From Bdellovibrionales bacterium (GTDB lineage: Bacteria > Bdellovibrionota > Bdellovibrionia > Bdellovibrionales > UBA1609): a stretch of DNA of 32,000 nt. This document shows positions 27,745-32,000 of the stretch, piece by piece. The notes below the pieces were generated by a model that was not told where the DNA came from, did not search any database, and worked only from the letters and a program-made list of their open reading frames with translations. Every line of letters begins with the position of its first letter. Within the stretch, counting starts at the first letter, position 1. Location of the stretch: positions 180,001-212,000 of the forward strand of contig OZ252021.1 in assembly GCA_965247685.1 (NCBI GenBank), written 5' to 3'. Both the position numbers and the translations under genes were made by a program.

Positions 27745-27881
27745 ACTATGTGATTATTATATATATACTCTAGTTAGCTTGATTATATTGAACTGCACAA
27801 AGGACAGTTATGAAAACTTATGTTTCTGATTATTATGGGGTTGTTTTTAAGTAGAATATTGTTATAAGGAATATAATCAAT
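27745..27881. repeat. leader repeat, copy A (shortened) of the ANK cassette
   Basis: Aligns with 29000-29104 and 30985-31158: ...attattacatacatactc.agttagcttgat.atattc... then acaaagg.cagttatgaaaacttatgtt. Copy A lacks about 45 nt present in copies B and C. Confidence 0.8.
27810..27854 (+). other. conserved 14-codon upstream mini-ORF (MKTYVSDYYGVVFK-stop), copy A
   Basis: ATG 27810 with AAAGG upstream and TAG at 27852-27854. A near-identical copy lies at 31088-31132. In copy B its first five codons supply the start of the ANK gene. Confidence 0.45.
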
Positions 27882-28508
27882 GTGAGAAACTTAATAAAAT
27901 TATTCGTTAGTTTATTCACTCTTTTGAGTTTGTCAGCAATCGGAACAATAATATGTTTTACTGCTTATGCAGAAACATCAGAATATCGACTTCCCTCAGA
28001 TGAAAAAACACCAACACGTCACTTTCTCTTAAATAGAAAACGAACAACTCGAAAAAAGATAAAAAGGTCAAGTCTCAGAAGAAGACAAGAGGGAGAACAA
28101 GGAAAGCTCTCTAGAAAAAGGAAACGACAGCAAGAAATAGAAGAAAGGCAACTTCTCTCAGCATCAAAGCAACTTCTCTCAGCATCAAAGCAACTTCTCT
28201 CAGCAGTTAAATCTGGAGATATTCAAAAAGTTAACAAAATTTTGTCAAAAAAAAGAGTAGATCTGAGTATCCCAGGTATAGACGGTCGAACAGCTTTACA
28301 TTGGGCAGCCGCTGAAGGTTATGAAGGTCTGGTACGATCTTTCCTTAGACGCGGAGCTCCATTAATTATCCCAGATAACAAGGGTCGAACACCTTTAGAT
28401 TTAGCAGCCAAACGAGGTCATGAACGTGTGGTAGACATTCTCCTTAAACACGGGGCCGCAGCCTCAGGTGGAAACAGTTGTGCAGCAGCTATTATCGGTT
28501 TCATATAA
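27882..28508 (+). CDS. exported ankyrin-repeat protein with NLS-like basic tract (ANK copy 2, about 3 ANK repeats)
   Basis: GTG start aligned with the ATG of copy 4. Signal-like MRNLIKLFVSLFTLLSLSAIGTIICFTAYA|E. Basic tract NRKRTTRKKIKRSSLRRRQEGEQGKLSRKRKRQQ. ANK repeats GRTALHWAAAEGYEGLVRSFLRRGA and GRTPLDLAAKRGHERVVDILLKHGA. Confidence 0.8.
   Translation: MRNLIKLFVSLFTLLSLSAIGTIICFTAYAETSEYRLPSDEKTPTRHFLLNRKRTTRKKIKRSSLRRRQEGEQGKLSRKRKRQQEIEERQLLSASKQLLSASKQLLSAVKSGDIQKVNKILSKKRVDLSIPGIDGRTALHWAAAEGYEGLVRSFLRRGAPLIIPDNKGRTPLDLAAKRGHERVVDILLKHGAAASGGNSCAAAIIGFI
28149..28211 (+). repeat. 21-bp in-frame tandem repeat, 3 copies (QLLSASK QLLSASK QLLSAVK)
   Basis: caacttctctcagcatcaaag occurs exactly twice (28149-28169 and 28170-28190). 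A third copy diverges in its last 5 nt (28191-28211). Confidence 0.95.
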
Positions 28509-28514
28509 AGGAAA

Positions 28515-29089
28515 GTCATAAGTTTGTAGATATGATCTGTGAATTTATGGATTAGGAATCTAATCCTAAGAAGTCAGATAACGGTGGAATTGACGGCTAG
28601 GCTAATAGAAGAAACACACCTATTCAAATAAAGAATCATAAGAATAAAGTTGGAAGACTTAAAATTCAAAAGTTTTTAGGAGCAATAACCAATGATGATT
28701 CTGGTATATTTGTAGCTTAGAAATTCAGTCCCTCTGCTTATGAATATAAGACTAAGATTAAAGATAGAAACATAAAGTTCATTGAAGTGAAAGTATTTTA
28801 GGAAGCCTTTTAATATCAGAGAAACGTAGTGAAAAATACGAGAAGTTATATAAGAAAAGAGTGAAAAAAAGCTTAAACCTCATCACTCCATGGAAAGAAA
28901 AGAAGATCGTATCAACATCATTGTCCAATAACTGTGTAAATCTTTCACTGAATTATCACAGTTTAATGGTTCACTTCACCATATAATTATTACATACATA
29001 CTCCAGTTAGCTTGATAATATTCATCTCTTACCTTATAGGTAAACTAACTTGCTCAGTATTAATCGCTTGGACTGTACAAAGGTCAGTT
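28515..29089. repeat. ANK cassette spacer plus leader, copy B
   Basis: Alignable end to end with 30615-31087: gtcataagtt.gtagat.atgatctgtgaatttatgg...ggagcaataaccaat.atgattctggtatat...cactgaat.at... Carries an extra segment of about 99 nt (about 28771-28869) that is absent from copy C. Confidence 0.85.
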
Positions 29090-30643
29090 ATGAAAACTTA
29101 TGTTATCGGAACGATAATATTTTTTACTGCTTATGCAGGAGCAGGAGAATTAGAAGATCGAGAAAAGAGGCTTCTCTCAGCAGTTAAATCTGGAGATATT
29201 CAAAAAGTTAACAAATTTCTTTCAGAAGAAAGAGTAAATCAAAATATCCAAAATATCAAAGATAAATGGGGTCGATCAGCTTTACTTATAGCAACTGCAA
29301 ACGGCCATGTTAGTATAGTAAAACTCCTGCTTGAAAAGGGAGCAAAGCCAAATATCCCAGATGAAAGGGGTCGAACACCTTTACATATAGCAACTCACAA
29401 TGGTAATGCAGATACGGTACGAATTCTCCTCGAACACAAAGCAGATCCGAATATCCAAGATAACATGGGTGAAACAGCTTTACATCTGGCAGTCAAAGTA
29501 GGTTTTTTTAATATAGCACAACTCCTCCTCAGACACGGAGCAGATCTAAACATCCCAGATAAAATGAATCGAACAGCTTTACTTATAGCAACTGCAAACG
29601 GCCATGTTAGTATAGTAAAACTCCTGCTTGAAAAGGGAGCAAAGCCAAATATCCCAGATGAAAGGGGTCGAACAGCTTTACATTGGGCTGCCGCTGAAGA
29701 TTATGAAGGTTTGGTACAAACTCTCCTCGAATACGGAGCAGATCCGAATATCCAAGATAAAATGGATCTAACAATCTTACATTTAGCAATTCTCGGAGGT
29801 AATGCTGATACGGTACAAACTCTACTTGAACTCGAAGTAGATCCAAATATCCAAGACAGCAGATGGGGTCTAACAGCTTTACACCTAGCAATCCAAATAA
29901 GACCAAGCCCTTTAGATATAGCACAACTCCTCCTCAGACACGGAGCAGATCCAAATATCCAAAATAGAAAGGGTCAATCAGCTTTACATCTGGCAGTCAA
30001 AGCAGGTTTTTTTGATATAACACAACTTAATATAACACAACTCCTCCTCAGACACGGAGTAGATCTAAACATCCCAGATACAGACGGTCGAACACCTTTA
30101 CACCTAGCAGTTCTCAGAGGCAATACTGATATGGTACAAACTGTACTTGAAAAGGGAGCAAAGCTAAATATCCAAGATGAAATGGGTCGAACACCTTTAC
30201 ACCTGGCAGCCGCTGAAAATTATGAAAATGTGGTACAAACTCTCCTCGAACACGGAGCAAAGCCAAATATCCCAGATACAGACGGTCGAACACCTTTACA
30301 CCTAGCAGTTCTCGGAGGTAATGCTGATACGGTACAAACCCTACTTGAAAAGAGAGTAGATTCAAATATCCAAGATGAAATGGGTCGAACACCTTTACAT
30401 TGGGCTACTGCTGAAGGTTATGAAGGTGTGGTACAAATTCTCCTCGAACACAAAGCAGATCCGAATATCCCAGATAACATGGGTGAAACAGCTTTACATC
30501 TGGCAGTCAAAGTAGGTTTTTTTAATATAGCACAACTCCTCCTCAGACACGGAGCAGATCTAAATATCTCAGATAAAAATGGTCGAACAGCTTTCAGTTT
30601 AGCAACTCTCAGAGGTCATAAGTTAGTAGATTATGATCTGTGA
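29090..30643 (+). CDS. exported ankyrin-repeat protein, about 14 ANK repeats (ANK copy 3)
   Basis: Start placed at ATG 29090 (MKTYVIGTIIFFTAYA|GAGELEDREKRLLSAVKSGDIQKVNK...). The track ORF starts at TTG 29012, which lies in the leader repeat that is non-coding in copies A and C. Fourteen 33-aa G.TPLH.A...G....V..LLE.GA.PN modules. Confidence 0.85.
   Translation: MKTYVIGTIIFFTAYAGAGELEDREKRLLSAVKSGDIQKVNKFLSEERVNQNIQNIKDKWGRSALLIATANGHVSIVKLLLEKGAKPNIPDERGRTPLHIATHNGNADTVRILLEHKADPNIQDNMGETALHLAVKVGFFNIAQLLLRHGADLNIPDKMNRTALLIATANGHVSIVKLLLEKGAKPNIPDERGRTALHWAAAEDYEGLVQTLLEYGADPNIQDKMDLTILHLAILGGNADTVQTLLELEVDPNIQDSRWGLTALHLAIQIRPSPLDIAQLLLRHGADPNIQNRKGQSALHLAVKAGFFDITQLNITQLLLRHGVDLNIPDTDGRTPLHLAVLRGNTDMVQTVLEKGAKLNIQDEMGRTPLHLAAAENYENVVQTLLEHGAKPNIPDTDGRTPLHLAVLGGNADTVQTLLEKRVDSNIQDEMGRTPLHWATAEGYEGVVQILLEHKADPNIPDNMGETALHLAVKVGFFNIAQLLLRHGADLNISDKNGRTAFSLATLRGHKLVDYDL
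29277..30597 (+). repeat. 99-bp periodic ANK-module repeats including near-identical internal copies
   Basis: 29277-29377 is identical to 29574-29674 (offset 297 = 3 x 99). 29422-29580 is nearly identical to 30436-30597. A 15-bp tandem duplication lies at 30016-30045. Confidence 0.9.
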
Positions 30644-31158
30644 ATTTATGGGATGGGAATCTAATCCTAAGAAGCTAGGGAACGATGGAATTGACGGTTA
30701 GGTTAATAGAGGAAACACACCTATTCAAATAAAGAATCATAGGAAAGTAGTTAGTAGACTTGAAATTCAAAAGTTTTTAGGAGCAATAACCAATTATGAT
30801 TCTGGTATATCTGCAGCTTGGAAATTCATTCCCTCTTCTTTTGAATATAACGCTAAGATTAAAGGTAGAAAAGCTTAAACCTCCTCGCCCTATGGAAAGA
30901 AAAAAAGAGCGTATCAAAATCGTTTTCCAATAAATGTGTAAATCTTTCACTGAATGATGCATAGTCTTATAGTTTACTTCACTATGTAATTATTACACAT
31001 ACGCTCTAATTGGATTGATTATATTCATCTTTTACAGGTAAAGTAACTTCCTCAGTAGTAATCGTTTGGACCGTACAAAGGTCAGTTATGAAAACTTATG
31101 TTTCTGATTATTATAGGGTTGTTTTTAAGTAGAATATTACTATAAGGATGTAATCAAC
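30615..31158. repeat. ANK cassette spacer plus leader, copy C
   Basis: See copy B. The first 29 nt overlap the 3' end of ANK copy 3. Includes the full-length leader with the mini-ORF. Confidence 0.85.
31088..31132 (+). other. conserved 14-codon upstream mini-ORF (MKTYVSDYYRVVFK-stop), copy C
   Basis: ATG 31088 and TAG at 31130-31132. Differs from copy A by one codon (GGG to AGG). It lies 26 nt upstream of the ANK copy 4 ATG. Confidence 0.45.
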
Positions 31159-32000
31159 ATGAAAAACTTAATAAATTTATTCGCTCATTTATTCACTCTT
31201 TTGAGTTTGTCAGTAATCGGGACAATAATATGTTTTACTGCTTATGCAGGAGCAGGAGCAGGAGTAGCAGCAGTAGCAGAATCAAAACAGCAACTTTCGT
31301 CACAATTAAACAACCGAGGAACTAAACTTCTCTTAGCATTGAAATTGGGAAATCTTGCAGCAGTTATGAAACTTTTTTCAGAAGAAAAAACATTAATAAA
31401 TCCGAATGTCAAAGGTGGTATATTGGGTCAAACAGCTTTACACCTAGCAGCCGAAAAAGGGATTTTAGGGATAATAATATCCCTAATCGAGAACTACAAC
31501 GCAAAACTAAATCTCAAAGATAACAAAGGTAAAACAGCTTTACTTATAGCAATTGAATCAGGTCATGCAGATGTGGCGCTACTTCTAATTACAAAGGGAG
31601 CAGATCTAAAGAGCTCAGATAATAATGGTCTAACACCTTTACTTGCAGCAATTAAAGTAGGTCATAAAGGTGTGGTAGAAGCTCTATTTAATAATGGAAT
31701 AAAAGATCTAGGCCAAAATAAAATGGGTTACACAGCTTTGCATTGGGCAACTCTCTACGGTCATTTAAAGATAATGAGGTTTTTAATCACCCTCGGCGAT
31801 GGCGAAGAAAAAAAACTAGATGCCCTAGATGCCAAAGATAAAGGAGGTCTAACACCTTTAATGGGAGCTGCCAAACAAGGTAATTCAGGTGCGGTACAAC
31901 TTCTACTTGAGTACGGAGCAGATTCGAATATCCCAGATAACGGGGGTCTAACAGCTTTACATTGGGCAGCTTTCTTTGGTCATGAACATGTGGTAGAAGC
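31159..32000 (+). CDS. exported ankyrin-repeat protein, 3' end outside the window (ANK copy 4)
   Basis: Not in the ORF track because there is no stop inside the window. MKNLINLFAHLFTLLSLSVIGTIICFTAYA|GAGAGVAAVAESKQQ..., followed by at least 6 ANK modules (GQTALHLAAEKG..., GKTALLIAIESGHADVALLLITKGADL, GLTPLLAAIKVGHKGVVEALF, GYTALHWATLYGHLKIMRFLI, GLTPLMGAAKQGNSGAVQLLLEYGAD, GLTALHWAAFFGHEHVVE). Confidence 0.85.
   Translation, partial: MKNLINLFAHLFTLLSLSVIGTIICFTAYAGAGAGVAAVAESKQQLSSQLNNRGTKLLLALKLGNLAAVMKLFSEEKTLINPNVKGGILGQTALHLAAEKGILGIIISLIENYNAKLNLKDNKGKTALLIAIESGHADVALLLITKGADLKSSDNNGLTPLLAAIKVGHKGVVEALFNNGIKDLGQNKMGYTALHWATLYGHLKIMRFLITLGDGEEKKLDALDAKDKGGLTPLMGAAKQGNSGAVQLLLEYGADSNIPDNGGLTALHWAAFFGHEHVVE

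Noticed and set aside
29607-30392. Minus-strand ORFs 29607-29924 and 30114-30392 inside ANK copy 3
   Set aside because: They are antisense read-throughs of the periodic 99-bp ANK repeats. Their repetitive LGYL.LL peptide pattern mirrors the sense repeat. The sense strand has clear ANK motifs, and the antisense ORFs have no start context.
29150-30640. Regular periodic repeats that could be mistaken for a CRISPR array or satellite
   Set aside because: The period is 99 bp, in frame, and encodes canonical 33-aa ankyrin modules. There is no repeat/unique-spacer alternation, no leader and no cas genes.
30777-30962. 61-aa minus-strand ORF in spacer copy C
   Set aside because: The homologous region of spacer copy B (about 28680-28950) has no equivalent intact ORF, so it is not conserved even within this window.

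Overview
AT-rich bacterial chromosomal window of Gram-negative type (lipoboxes, Pst/Pho system, Flp-type pilin). Positions 1-22990 are a densely packed housekeeping backbone: the 3' end of tag, tRNA-Leu(UAG), gcvT-gcvH, folD, a small Flp/TadE-like pilin cluster with no assembly machinery, an AmpD-type amidase, a Cys-rich VWA lipoprotein, trmB, sohB, greA, mgtE, nrnA, a contiguous pstSCAB-phoU-phoBR module and gloB. From about 23050 to the window end the content looks accessory: an orphan Dam/D12-class N6-adenine DNA methyltransferase, two signal-peptide proteins of unknown function, and four ankyrin-repeat genes that all carry Sec-type signal peptides. Three of these form a head-to-tail array built from a repeated cassette: a leader with a conserved 14-codon mini-ORF, a signal peptide, an ANK payload and a roughly 0.5 kb spacer. 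The array shows signs of ongoing recombination: near-identical ANK modules inside one gene, in-frame micro-duplications, a 114-nt deletion that re-uses the mini-ORF start codon, and a 21-bp tandem repeat next to an NLS-like basic tract. This array is the most unusual thing in the window. No rRNA, CRISPR array, transposase or integrase was recognised. The taxon cannot be assigned from the sequence alone. All homology statements come from motif recognition by eye, not database searches.
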